Notes: a model not told the origin generated them from the sequence alone. DNA of 64,000 nucleotides from Bacteriovoracaceae bacterium (GCA_965217035.1 OZ244226.1:2214146-2278145), one strand, 5' to 3'; counted from the stretch's first letter, positions 20,876 through 30,643 are shown. Made by a program: numbers and translations.

Positions 20876-22006
20876 CTAATCAATTGCTTCTATTCTGATA
20901 ATGCCTTCAAGAACTTTATTAATATTTTCTATCGTCAAGAGTTCAGGAACTTGAGACTTGCATTCGACTGCAAAAGATCTTTTGAAGTGATTTTTATTTG
21001 TTGATCGAGGAGGTAATATCTTTACAGTACTTGCTGATTCATCATAAACAGACTTAAGGCCAGACCTTTCTTCCTTTAAAAGAATTTCATTTGTTTTAAA
21101 AGATTCAAAATGATTAATCCATTGGAATGAAGAAGTTTTAGAAATAAAAGGAATATGGCATCCGATGAGTAAAGCATCTGAACTGATTTCTACTCCAGAT
21201 TCTTTACTTCTGTAGAAATATTTCTGTGGGGTATTGTCAGTACTAAGCTTTTCTCCTGTCTTGAGGATTTCTCCATCAACTAAAACAATCGTCTTTGAAT
21301 TTCTCTTTGATCGAGAAAAAACTTGATCATAAGGCGCGATAGACATAAATTTCAAAACATTAAAAGAAGATTTTTTTGTGACTGGATTTATTAGAGATTC
21401 GATATCTTCGTGAATCACTTCAATTTTTAGTCTATTCATTTTTTTTATGAGGCTTCCTCTAAGAGAGTACTTCTCTAGCATTCGTTTTTTTAAAAAAAAG
21501 TGCTCAATAAAATCTCGATTGGCTCTTTTTAATAGTTTTCTTTTAGTATTAAAAAGCTTGTCTTTTGTGTTTTTTAGTTCAGAAGATTTACAAATATCAA
21601 AAGATTCTGTCATCTCATGAGTTTTTCCATTAATATCGACACATTTAAATGGAGTTTGTGAATAAGTTTCTACATGTTTACGACACTTATCAAGAGTACG
21701 ACTTTCGATAAGAAATCCATGGGCCGTTTCGGTTCGTGTCTTTTTATAAGAATCTTCTACTTCAAATTTGAATTGATTTGATGCGCTTAATTTTCTGATT
21801 TCTTTCTCGCTGTCAAAGAAGTCAATACTGCATTTTTGAATAATCTCTTGCTCTTGAGGTAGGGTCGGCTCAGGTTTTTTTGCCTGAGGAGATTGAAGTT
21901 CCGGGCGTAGGCTTTGCATCTTTTGAGCATAATTTTTATTTTTATCTGAGCTACAACTAAGAAAAAATAAGAGCAGTACAGTAATTAAGATTTGATAGAG
22001 AATCAT
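20876..22006 (-). CDS. hypothetical lipoprotein
   Basis: 376 aa ORF with lipobox-like FLSC after a hydrophobic signal. Confidence 0.65.
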   Translation of the reverse strand: MILYQILITVLLLFFLSCSSDKNKNYAQKMQSLRPELQSPQAKKPEPTLPQEQEIIQKCSIDFFDSEKEIRKLSASNQFKFEVEDSYKKTRTETAHGFLIESRTLDKCRKHVETYSQTPFKCVDINGKTHEMTESFDICKSSELKNTKDKLFNTKRKLLKRANRDFIEHFFLKKRMLEKYSLRGSLIKKMNRLKIEVIHEDIESLINPVTKKSSFNVLKFMSIAPYDQVFSRSKRNSKTIVLVDGEILKTGEKLSTDNTPQKYFYRSKESGVEISSDALLIGCHIPFISKTSSFQWINHFESFKTNEILLKEERSGLKSVYDESASTVKILPPRSTNKNHFKRSFAVECKSQVPELLTIENINKVLEGIIRIEAID

Positions 22007-22173
22007 GGTTTAAACCCTTTAATTTCTAATTCGGGGCAATCTAGCACATTGCGCAAAATGACTCAATCATCACCTGGAATCCTGTAAAAATGACAGGTTA
22101 AAAAGATTGCTTAAAGGAAAAGATGTGACCTAGTTCCCAAGCCCTCTAATTCTGAGGCCCTTAGGAAGATTAT

Positions 22174-22539
22174 TTATTGGCAATAAATACTAACGTTTTG
22201 AATCAGGCTAATTTCTTTATGGAGTTCATCATTAAGATTGTAAGTAAACTTAGCGACTAGAGGCTTGAAAATTCCATTTCCAGCAGAGCTTTCACCTGGA
22301 AATATTTTTACGCTAAAATTTTTTCTTTTAAAGCAGATCTTATAGTTGAAATTATCTTCTCCATATTGAGAGTCATCGATATTAATTCCTTGGATACAAT
22401 CACCTTTAGAGATAACAACGCTTACACTATTAGAGATTCGAGTATCATTTAGGTAGTCAAGACGAGTCAATTCACATTGAATTGTTTTCGTAAAACCCAT
22501 GGTAGAAAAAAAGACAGACAATAAAATAATTATTTTCAT
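22174..22539 (-). CDS. hypothetical secreted protein
   Basis: Signal peptide, four Cys, SD ggag. Confidence 0.65.
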   Translation of the reverse strand: MKIIILLSVFFSTMGFTKTIQCELTRLDYLNDTRISNSVSVVISKGDCIQGINIDDSQYGEDNFNYKICFKRKNFSVKIFPGESSAGNGIFKPLVAKFTYNLNDELHKEISLIQNVSIYCQ

Positions 22540-22548
22540 ATTTTCTCC

Positions 22549-23013
22549 TTAGATGAAGTCCATTTCAGGAACTTCTCCACTGACGAGAAGTTCAGCCTTA
22601 TCTTCATAAAAAGAGCCTTCCACAGAACAGTTGGAATCATTTTGAATATTAAACGATCCGAGCGTCGCTCTTTCATTATTTTCGCCAATTAGTGATATCA
22701 AGCATGTTTTGAATTGAAATTGAACAGGCTCTCCTGGTTTCATTTCTGAAAGTGAGTAATAGACTTGAGTTTTATTATTTTCAGAACGTTCTAATGCTAG
22801 CTTTAAGCAGGTATTTTCAAAGCCAGACTCCGAACAGAATTTAGAGTTTTGTTCTTCCTTTTCCAGTTTGAGTCCTTTTGTCGCTGTTTCTTTTTCTGTG
22901 CTGCTCTCTGTGATCGGAGCTCTTCCTATTTTTTTAAGCCAATCAACTTTAGTTTCAGATTTTTTACAAGAAAGACATGCCGTTAAAAAACAAAATGATA
23001 AGATAAGCCTCAT
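22549..23013 (-). CDS. hypothetical lipoprotein
   Basis: Signal peptide with CLSC lipobox; SD gaggg. Confidence 0.65.
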   Translation of the reverse strand: MRLILSFCFLTACLSCKKSETKVDWLKKIGRAPITESSTEKETATKGLKLEKEEQNSKFCSESGFENTCLKLALERSENNKTQVYYSLSEMKPGEPVQFQFKTCLISLIGENNERATLGSFNIQNDSNCSVEGSFYEDKAELLVSGEVPEMDFI

Positions 23014-23126
23014 TTATTCCCTCTGGGGGATGGATATAGCACGAATTAATGCTGCGGAGCAGCTCAGGGTAATCATTACACACTTTCTGCTGTAACTTTG
23101 AAGATTGAGGAGCGGAATAACGACTT

Positions 23127-23813
23127 ATGAAGATTTGTACAATTATCATTCCGATATTGAATGAAGAGAAACTTCTAAAAGAAAAGCTTAGGAGTTTTAG
23201 AGCTCCTAGGGAATTCAATATTTGTTTTGTTGATGGCGGAAGTAAGGATCAAAGCCTTTCTTTGATCGCTGAGTACCTTATCGATAAAGAAGGAGTTCTT
23301 TTAAAGGGAGAATTTAAGAATCCTTCGATTGGAAAAGGAATTCTTTTAGGGCTTACAAAAACAGAAACAGATTATGTCTTATTATATCCATTTGATTGTG
23401 TCGTTTCAGAGGAGCAACTTGAATTACTTTTAACTTTTCTTAAACGAGGCTTGGTTTGGGGAGGTTTTCAAAAAACCTATAGTTCCAAAAAGCTCTTTTA
23501 TAAGCTTTATAGTTTTCTTCAGAATAAAATTCGAACAGGACTCTTTCATCATTTCGTTTGGACGAATCTAATATTTGGAAAGACAATGACTATTAAAAAA
23601 AGTTTGAGTGATGAAGGATTTTTAGAAGATGTTTTATTGTCAGACCGATTAAAGAAAAAATCCCATCCTTTTTTCATTCAAGATCCTATTATTGTCTCAG
23701 AAAGAAAATATCGAAACCGATCATTTAAAAGAGCGAGTTTAAACTTTTTAATTATAATGCTCTATCGATTAAGATTTAGGACAATAGGTGAGTTAAAAGA
23801 ATTATACCGATAG
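23127..23813 (+). CDS. glycosyltransferase family 2 (resembles the TIGR04283 rSAM-associated type)
   Basis: IIIPILNEE, VDGGSKD, LED..LS.RLK and VS.RKY motifs. Confidence 0.75.
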   Translation: MKICTIIIPILNEEKLLKEKLRSFRAPREFNICFVDGGSKDQSLSLIAEYLIDKEGVLLKGEFKNPSIGKGILLGLTKTETDYVLLYPFDCVVSEEQLELLLTFLKRGLVWGGFQKTYSSKKLFYKLYSFLQNKIRTGLFHHFVWTNLIFGKTMTIKKSLSDEGFLEDVLLSDRLKKKSHPFFIQDPIIVSERKYRNRSFKRASLNFLIIMLYRLRFRTIGELKELYR

Positions 23814-23852
23814 GGTCTTTCCATAGTTTATATTTTTCGATAAGATTAGACT

Positions 23853-24797
23853 ATGGCAACAATCACCCAACTTGAATACCTACTGGCAGTTGATCGCACT
23901 CGACACTTCGGCCGGGCGGCAAAAGAGTGCCATGTTTCACAACCTTCTTTGTCGATGCAACTTCAAAAGCTTGAAGATGAATTGGACTGTATTGTTTTTG
24001 ATCGTAGTAAAAAACCAATTCTAGTCACAGAACAAGGAAAAGTAATTGTTGAGCAGGCTAAGAAAGTTATCAAGGAACATAAAAGACTAATTGAAATCTC
24101 TCAGAACAAAGATAATGAAGTCAAAGGTGACTTTCACCTTGCTGTCATTCCGACCTTGGCTTCTTCTCTTATTCCACTCTTTCTAAAAGTGTTTGCTAAT
24201 AAATACCCTGAAGTTAATTTAAAGATTAGTGAATATAAAACAGATGATATTATAAAACTTCTTGTTGATGATAAAATCGATGCAGCCTTGGCGGTAACCC
24301 CGCTAAAAGATCATCGTCTCATAGAAAAAGTCCTCTATTATGAACCTTTTTATGTTTATCTCTCACCTGATCATGAATTCAAGAGTAAGAAATCAGTGAA
24401 AGAAGGAGAGTTGAAAGGGAAGGATGTATGGCTTTTAAATGAAGGTCATTGCATGCGTAATCAAGTCATGACCATCTGTTCTTTGAGAGAAGAGAATCCA
24501 ATATTGAGTAATGTTTCTCTTGAGTGCGGAAGTCTTGAAACCTTAGTGAATCTTGTTAAGCAAAACTCAGGATATACCTTGCTTCCTCATTTGACGGTTG
24601 AAAATCTTTCCTCAGGAGATAAAAAAAGTCTTATCAGAATAATAGAAAACCCCACGCCGACACGTGAGGTTAGTCTGATTTATTCAAGAACATTTCTCAA
24701 AGAGCCTATTATTAATGCCTTGGAGTCAGAGATCTTAGAAGCGATTCCTGCAGAATTGAAATCGTTAAAGAAGTCATACTCTGTTATTGATATTTAA
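23853..24797 (+). CDS. oxyR: hydrogen peroxide-inducible genes activator (LysR family)
   Basis: HFGRAAKECHVSQPSLS HTH; LLNEGHCMRNQVMTIC with both redox Cys; SLETL. Confidence 0.92.
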   Translation: MATITQLEYLLAVDRTRHFGRAAKECHVSQPSLSMQLQKLEDELDCIVFDRSKKPILVTEQGKVIVEQAKKVIKEHKRLIEISQNKDNEVKGDFHLAVIPTLASSLIPLFLKVFANKYPEVNLKISEYKTDDIIKLLVDDKIDAALAVTPLKDHRLIEKVLYYEPFYVYLSPDHEFKSKKSVKEGELKGKDVWLLNEGHCMRNQVMTICSLREENPILSNVSLECGSLETLVNLVKQNSGYTLLPHLTVENLSSGDKKSLIRIIENPTPTREVSLIYSRTFLKEPIINALESEILEAIPAELKSLKKSYSVIDI

Positions 24798-26029
24798 TTG
24801 CAAGACTTATAACCGACTATTTTTTGATGTTCGACAATAGGAATGAGATTTCTTTTCTTGGCCATTATATAATACTCTATGTTGAGAATTCCCTTTTCGA
24901 GTGCTTCAAGTCTCTTGTTTTCACAATAGTTTTTTAATTGATAAGGCCATTGAACGAGAGGAAGAATCATCTCAGGTATTTTACATTGTTTCTTTGGAGT
25001 CAAGCATTCTTGTGATTTTTTCCAAAGCTTATTTTGAATTGAAATAAGATCTTTGTAATTATTAATGAGGCTCTGTTTGTTATCAATCTCGTATTTATTT
25101 TGATTGCTTCCATAAAGAATCTTGTAAAGACGATTTGCTTTTGATTGAGCTTCCTGGTATCGGAAATAAATTTCTGAAAGAGGGAGCCCTCGGAAAACCT
25201 CAAGCTCAATTGGTTCTTCAGTAAAAGCACTCAAGGGAGTTGTCGTATATTGAAGAGGAGCACTATTTTTCTTATTTAAGTGCTCTAAGTAGCTTGAGAG
25301 GACCTCTGGAATTTTTTCATAATCAATGTATCCGTTACCGATAAGATTTTTGAATTTTCTGAGTCCTTCTCCTCCAACTGCATGAATCTTTACACTGACT
25401 TCATTTGAAAGGAGTGCCGAGTTAATAATTTTTTTATAATAGCCTCTCATCTTCACACTCCACAAGCTACCTCGTGCCTTAGCCTTGAATTTTTTTTCAA
25501 GTCGACTTTTGTCGTCTTGCTTGAGGTTTTTTATTGTTAAAAGAGCATAGACCATACTACCTCTCTTGACTGAAGTTACGAGTTCAGCACCACATTTTTG
25601 GTAAAGAAGATCAGGCGAAAGATTTTCAAACTCTTTTTTTAGATAAGGAGATTTCAAGCCATTTCTTCCAAAATCAGATCGAAAGAGGACTAACCAAGTT
25701 AAGCTATCAGAGTGAAACATTGATTCTTCTTCAAAGTCTAAGCTAGAAGAACCGCTGAAAATTTTATAACTAGCGGCAGCTGATGCAGAGAACCTGAGAT
25801 AACGATAAAGATCTTTATATGATTTAACTAAGTTAATAACAATATCAGTAGAAATAGCACCTTCCGTATCAAGCTCTTCAATTGCTTGAAAGTCGAAACA
25901 ATCTTGATATTGATGAGTTGGTTGAAAGGGGTTAAAGCCTTTCCCGAGACTCATTGTTGATTCAGGAGAATAATTATAAACACCTCCAAAAATAGGGAAA
26001 CTAAAAATAAAGATAAGTATTTTAATCAT
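24794..26029 (-). CDS. secreted protein with putative MACPF/perforin-like domain
   Basis: Signal peptide; LGKGFN start, Ser/Ala-rich amphipathic stretch, 'LYQKCGAELVTSVKRGSMVYALLTI' resembling the MACPF signature, later 'HAVGG'. Confidence 0.5.
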   Translation of the reverse strand: MIKILIFIFSFPIFGGVYNYSPESTMSLGKGFNPFQPTHQYQDCFDFQAIEELDTEGAISTDIVINLVKSYKDLYRYLRFSASAAASYKIFSGSSSLDFEEESMFHSDSLTWLVLFRSDFGRNGLKSPYLKKEFENLSPDLLYQKCGAELVTSVKRGSMVYALLTIKNLKQDDKSRLEKKFKAKARGSLWSVKMRGYYKKIINSALLSNEVSVKIHAVGGEGLRKFKNLIGNGYIDYEKIPEVLSSYLEHLNKKNSAPLQYTTTPLSAFTEEPIELEVFRGLPLSEIYFRYQEAQSKANRLYKILYGSNQNKYEIDNKQSLINNYKDLISIQNKLWKKSQECLTPKKQCKIPEMILPLVQWPYQLKNYCENKRLEALEKGILNIEYYIMAKKRNLIPIVEHQKIVGYKSCN

Positions 26030-27389
26030 TAATTCCTCCTAGGAATTGGTTGTGAAATAGAGGATCAAAAGCGTTCCCATGAAAGAAGCTCTTTAAGCTT
26101 TGAATGGGATAGTCCTGCTCATTGATGAGATAGTTGGCAAAAGATGCGGCAACAGCAGTGGCCCAAGAAGAAGACATTAAAAGCTCAGGGCGTTTTTCAA
26201 ATCCTCTCAAATAATAAAATGTTGTTTCGTCATACCATCGAGGTTGTCTTTGATTTTTTCTCAGTTCTTCGATTTCACTGAAATTACTAGTGACATCCAT
26301 TCCTGAATAGCCTTGTTGGGCAAGCCAGGTTTGAAAGCTTTTTTCATTCGCCCTACCGTTAATATAAAGGTCATTACATTTCTTAAGTTTTCGAGGTCCT
26401 TGTGGATTAAGAAATTCAGATTTTGGTTCTTCACCATCTCTCAAGAACACTTTTGAAAGTGAGTTCACATAACTGACGCGAATAATATTTTTTTGCTCGG
26501 AGCATGCAGTTGGATAGTTCTTTAAGTTTACGCTTGTTCGGACAAGGTTTTCCGTCGATTGGAAAAATAAAGTATCAGGCGTTGCTTTTGCTAGCTTTTC
26601 GTGAAAACGAGCATAGACCTTAAGATATTCTTCGACCTCTTTTTTCGTAAATCGTTGCGTCGGGCAACCCATAATGAGAGACTCTTTTGCCCAAACAATA
26701 TTTTTTCCGATTGCGATGGTTACAAAATTGATATCATTTTTTTTAATGATTCTTTTTAGAGACTGAACTGATGAATGAAGAAATTTCTTTAGTCCTTCAA
26801 AGTTATTACTTGAATCACAGATCAAATGAAAAGCAGCTCTTGGATAGTTCGCTAAAACGATTTGAGAATGGGGATTTTTCTCTGAGATAAAATCAAAAAT
26901 GGTTTCTCCATGATGGTAGGGGAAGTCAGGAGTATCATAGTGAAAAATAGAAACTTTTTTCATAAGTGCATTGAACTCAATACGATGATCATGAAAAAAT
27001 TGGTCGTTTTGATTTTGGAGCTCTTGTTTGTAGTCATCAAGGATGGTTGGATAACTCACCATTGGGAACTGCTTTTGATAAAATCCATTTAAGTCATGTC
27101 GGTAGATACCTAAAACTTTATTTTGATGTCTTAAAAGCTGAGTTTTAGGAAAAAAGCGTGTATCAAGAATCATAAACCTTTGACCTGAACTTTTCGTTTT
27201 TTTTCTCGCATAAGAGAGTCTTTCTCTTACAAGCTCACAGTGTTTAAAGCGTTCATTATTGAAGTTACAATCAATCCCTTGAAAATAGGGTTTTTCAAGA
27301 AAAACAGTTTCTTTAGAAGAAGTCACACTAGGCTGATTCGATTTGCTTTTACAGCTAAATAAACTAAGGGCAAGGAATAACCATTTCAT
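26022..27389 (-). CDS. divergent S8 (subtilisin-like) peptidase lipoprotein
   Basis: Lipobox LFSC; triad-like segments ILDTRF (Asp), HHGETI (His) and MSSSWATAVAAS (Ser; cf. GTSMATP). Confidence 0.55.
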   Translation of the reverse strand: MKWLFLALSLFSCKSKSNQPSVTSSKETVFLEKPYFQGIDCNFNNERFKHCELVRERLSYARKKTKSSGQRFMILDTRFFPKTQLLRHQNKVLGIYRHDLNGFYQKQFPMVSYPTILDDYKQELQNQNDQFFHDHRIEFNALMKKVSIFHYDTPDFPYHHGETIFDFISEKNPHSQIVLANYPRAAFHLICDSSNNFEGLKKFLHSSVQSLKRIIKKNDINFVTIAIGKNIVWAKESLIMGCPTQRFTKKEVEEYLKVYARFHEKLAKATPDTLFFQSTENLVRTSVNLKNYPTACSEQKNIIRVSYVNSLSKVFLRDGEEPKSEFLNPQGPRKLKKCNDLYINGRANEKSFQTWLAQQGYSGMDVTSNFSEIEELRKNQRQPRWYDETTFYYLRGFEKRPELLMSSSWATAVAASFANYLINEQDYPIQSLKSFFHGNAFDPLFHNQFLGGIND

Positions 27390-27895
27390 TTTTGGACTCC
27401 TTTTAAGGATTCAAGTAAAAATTGACTTGCTTGTTGATAAGTCATTTCTGGTGCAAAACCTTCGTGAACTGCTAGGAGATATTGTTTATACAGATTTGGA
27501 TTGTAAGTAAGAAAGCGAAAAAGTTCTTGAGGATGGTCTTTAAGCATTCTTTTTTGAAAATATTTGATCCATAAAGAGAGGCAGTTTTGAAAATCTATTT
27601 TACTTTTGTGATTAGGGCTATGGGAAACTTCTTTTTCAAGCTTTAAAATTTTATCTTCTAACTCAAGAAATTGACCTCTTTTTGCTTCTTTTTCTAATTC
27701 ATCGATCACTTCAATACTTTTTAGAGCATTTTTAAAGTTTGAATGTTCAATAATCTCTTCAGAAAGTTGATAAGTTTGCACCTTTAAGGCCTCCTTGGTT
27801 GAACGATTTGAATGTTCTTTTATTGATTGGTCTCTATTTGACCAGAAACAACCTGCGATAATTATTAAGAGAGTTAAGGATCCAATTTTCTTCAT
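27386..27895 (-). CDS. hypothetical helical (lipo)protein
   Basis: Signal peptide with IAGC; translationally coupled on both sides. Confidence 0.65.
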   Translation of the reverse strand: MKKIGSLTLLIIIAGCFWSNRDQSIKEHSNRSTKEALKVQTYQLSEEIIEHSNFKNALKSIEVIDELEKEAKRGQFLELEDKILKLEKEVSHSPNHKSKIDFQNCLSLWIKYFQKRMLKDHPQELFRFLTYNPNLYKQYLLAVHEGFAPEMTYQQASQFLLESLKGVQK

Positions 27896-28782
27896 TAGAG
27901 CCTCGCTTTAATTCGATCAACTTCATGTTCTAACTTTGATTGCCAATACATATCGCCAACAGCAACACCATCACTAAAAATAATATGCTCAAGCGGATTA
28001 TCAGTTGAACTTTCAACGACGAAATTCACAACGTTTCCTTTGAACATCTTTTTCTCTATTTTCAAAACCTCTAAGGGACTTCCTTCTTGAGAAAGAAGGA
28101 ACATTCCTTTCTTTAAGTCTTTTGCAAAAATCATTTTCATATTTTTGAGGAGTACTGGATGGTTTTCTGTTAAACGAAGTAGTTTATTTTTTGAAAGGTA
28201 GATGTGGACAAGAGGTTTTGATTCTTTCCCTTTCGTTGAAATTCGAATAGGAGAGGAAGCATAGGTAAAATAATCGCGTTTGCTGTCTTCTCTTAAATGA
28301 AGAAGTTCGTATTTATCAGCATAGTTTGCAACAGTACCTGCTTTTCGAATTTGAAGATGATCCTTGATAACAACAGAAATTTTTGAACCTGGATGGAAGC
28401 ATCCACAAGGACACCAAGTAATGAGTTGATGGAGTTTTTCGTTAGTAGTGAGCTGCTTAAAGCTTTTGTCTGCTAATCCCTGCGCTCTCCTTTTTGAGTT
28501 AATTTTTTCCAAAGCAAGGTATTGATCGCAAGAAGGGGTTGAGCCAAATCTTATAAGGTCTTGGTATTCATTCTTTGTAATACATCCTGACTCGAGAGCT
28601 TTTTTTCTCCTCATTTCACAATAATTGGCTGAAATTCCCCTGGTACTCATGCAACGAGCATTAGGATCTTTAGGACGGTTAATCCTTGTTGAAACATTTA
28701 TGTTTCTAGGCCCAATATCTCGATCTTGGGCCAAAGACGATAAGCTTGAGTTTAGGGTAAGTAAAATAATAAAAAGACGCAT
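27895..28782 (-). CDS. secreted Hint-domain (hedgehog/intein-like) protein
   Basis: ATG at 28782 after SD ggagga, then a signal peptide; CPCG-CF Hint start, TENHPV block B, AKDLKKG, VVNFVV block F, terminal DGVAVGD. Confidence 0.85.
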   Translation of the reverse strand: MRLFIILLTLNSSLSSLAQDRDIGPRNINVSTRINRPKDPNARCMSTRGISANYCEMRRKKALESGCITKNEYQDLIRFGSTPSCDQYLALEKINSKRRAQGLADKSFKQLTTNEKLHQLITWCPCGCFHPGSKISVVIKDHLQIRKAGTVANYADKYELLHLREDSKRDYFTYASSPIRISTKGKESKPLVHIYLSKNKLLRLTENHPVLLKNMKMIFAKDLKKGMFLLSQEGSPLEVLKIEKKMFKGNVVNFVVESSTDNPLEHIIFSDGVAVGDMYWQSKLEHEVDRIKARL

Positions 28783-28970
28783 ATTCCTCCTTTGGTTTAC
28801 TCTTTTATGGAGGAATAATGTGATTTGGTCAGTTTCAAATTGGGATTTTTCGAAATTGGAACAAGCTAAATAGACTATGTTGATTGTTTCTCGCTTGAAA
28901 GCTGCTCGGCTCTCATGCACAATAAATTCATCTCCTTGTAGTATAGTTTTAAATAGAGGAACTTTAAGTC

Positions 28971-30638
28971 ATGGAAAAAGTTTGGTTAAAAAATTATGAA
29001 AATGGTGTGAGTCCTGAAATCGATATGAATACTTATTCTTCGATTGCAGAAATTATCGAAGGTTCGTTTGATCGTTATTCTGACAAGCCAGCGTTTCACT
29101 GTATGGGAAAAACAATTACTTACGGTGAGTTAAAAACTCAAAGTGAAAAATTTGCAGCTTATCTTCAAAATGATTTAGGTCTGAAAAAAGGTGATCGAGT
29201 TGCTTTGATGATGCCAAATGTTTTGCAATATCCTGTTGCTCTCTTTGGAATTCTTAGAGCAGGGATGATTGCAGTCAATATTAATCCACTTTACACCCAG
29301 AGAGAGCTTGAAGGGCAACTGCTTGATTCAGGAGCCAAGGCTATCGTGATTTTTGCGAACTCTGCTCATTGTCTGGAAAAAGTGATCTCAAAAACAGAAT
29401 GTAAACATGTTATTGTCACAGGCATTGGCGATCTCTTAGGGTTTCCAAAATCTATGATCGTTAATTTCGTTCTTAAATATGTTAAGAAGATGGTTCCAGC
29501 TTGGGATATTCCTAATGCTTTGACGTTTAACGAAGTTCTTATGAAAGGAGATCAATCAAAGTTTAAGAGAGCGGAGCTTAACCATTCTGATACAGCATTT
29601 CTTCAGTATACAGGGGGGACAACAGGGGTTTCCAAGGGGGCTATTCTCACTCATGGGAATATTGTCGCCAATGTTCTTCAGGCTAAAGAATGGATTACGA
29701 ATGCAATTAAAGAAGGGGAAGAGATAATTATCACCCCATTACCTCTTTATCATATTTTCTCATTGACAGCGAACTGTTTAATCTTTTCTTCAGTTGGTTC
29801 ATTGAATGTTCTGATTACGAACCCAAGAGATATTCCTGGCTTTATTAAGGAACTTACAAAGTGGAAGTTTACGGCATTTACAGGTGTTAATACACTTTTC
29901 AATGCTCTTATTAATAATGAAGAATTTAAAAACCTAGATTTCTCATCTCTAAGAGTAACCTTAGGTGGAGGAATGGCGGTTCAAAAAGCTGTTGCTGAAA
30001 AATGGAAAAAAGTCACTGGTAAGCCTCTCATTGAAGCTTATGGGTTAACGGAGACATCTCCTGCAGCTTGTATTAATCCATTAAACATTCCTGAATATAA
30101 TGGTTTCATTGGAGTTCCTATTCCTTCAACTATCCTTGCTATTAAAGATGATGCTGGCAGCGATATGCCTTATGGTGAAGTTGGAGAGCTTTGTATTAAG
30201 GGACCTCAAGTAATGCAGGGTTATTGGAATAAGCCAGAAGAGACGGCAAAGGTTATGACTTCTGATGGTTTTTTTAGAACGGGTGACCTTGGTTTTATGA
30301 ATGAAGATGGTTATTTAAAAATCGTTGATAGAAAGAAAGATATGATTCTTGTTTCTGGTTTTAATGTTTATCCAAATGAAATTGAGGACGTTATTGTTAC
30401 TCATGATGAAGTACTTGAATGTGCCGCTGTAGGAGTTCCAGATGCAAAATCAGGAGAAGTTGTGAAGATTTTTGTTGTGAGAAAAGATGAGTCTCTTACA
30501 GAGGAAGCTTTAAAAGATTTTTGTCGAAATAATCTAACAGGTTATAAGGTCCCGAAGTTCTATGAATTTAGGGATGAATTACCAAAATCGAATGTAGGTA
30601 AGATTTTAAGAAAAGATCTACGCGAAACAAATGCGTAA
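28971..30638 (+). CDS. fadD: long-chain-fatty-acid--CoA ligase
   Basis: LQYTGGTTGVSKGA, YGLTETSP, TGD and LPKSNVGKILR motifs. Confidence 0.95.
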   Translation: MEKVWLKNYENGVSPEIDMNTYSSIAEIIEGSFDRYSDKPAFHCMGKTITYGELKTQSEKFAAYLQNDLGLKKGDRVALMMPNVLQYPVALFGILRAGMIAVNINPLYTQRELEGQLLDSGAKAIVIFANSAHCLEKVISKTECKHVIVTGIGDLLGFPKSMIVNFVLKYVKKMVPAWDIPNALTFNEVLMKGDQSKFKRAELNHSDTAFLQYTGGTTGVSKGAILTHGNIVANVLQAKEWITNAIKEGEEIIITPLPLYHIFSLTANCLIFSSVGSLNVLITNPRDIPGFIKELTKWKFTAFTGVNTLFNALINNEEFKNLDFSSLRVTLGGGMAVQKAVAEKWKKVTGKPLIEAYGLTETSPAACINPLNIPEYNGFIGVPIPSTILAIKDDAGSDMPYGEVGELCIKGPQVMQGYWNKPEETAKVMTSDGFFRTGDLGFMNEDGYLKIVDRKKDMILVSGFNVYPNEIEDVIVTHDEVLECAAVGVPDAKSGEVVKIFVVRKDESLTEEALKDFCRNNLTGYKVPKFYEFRDELPKSNVGKILRKDLRETNA

Positions 30639-30643
30639 TTAAT

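Noticed and set aside
27895..28920. Hint domain as a true splicing intein, and the track start at 28920
   Set aside because: No terminal His-Asn or +1 nucleophile and no endonuclease; SD and signal peptide support the start at 28782.
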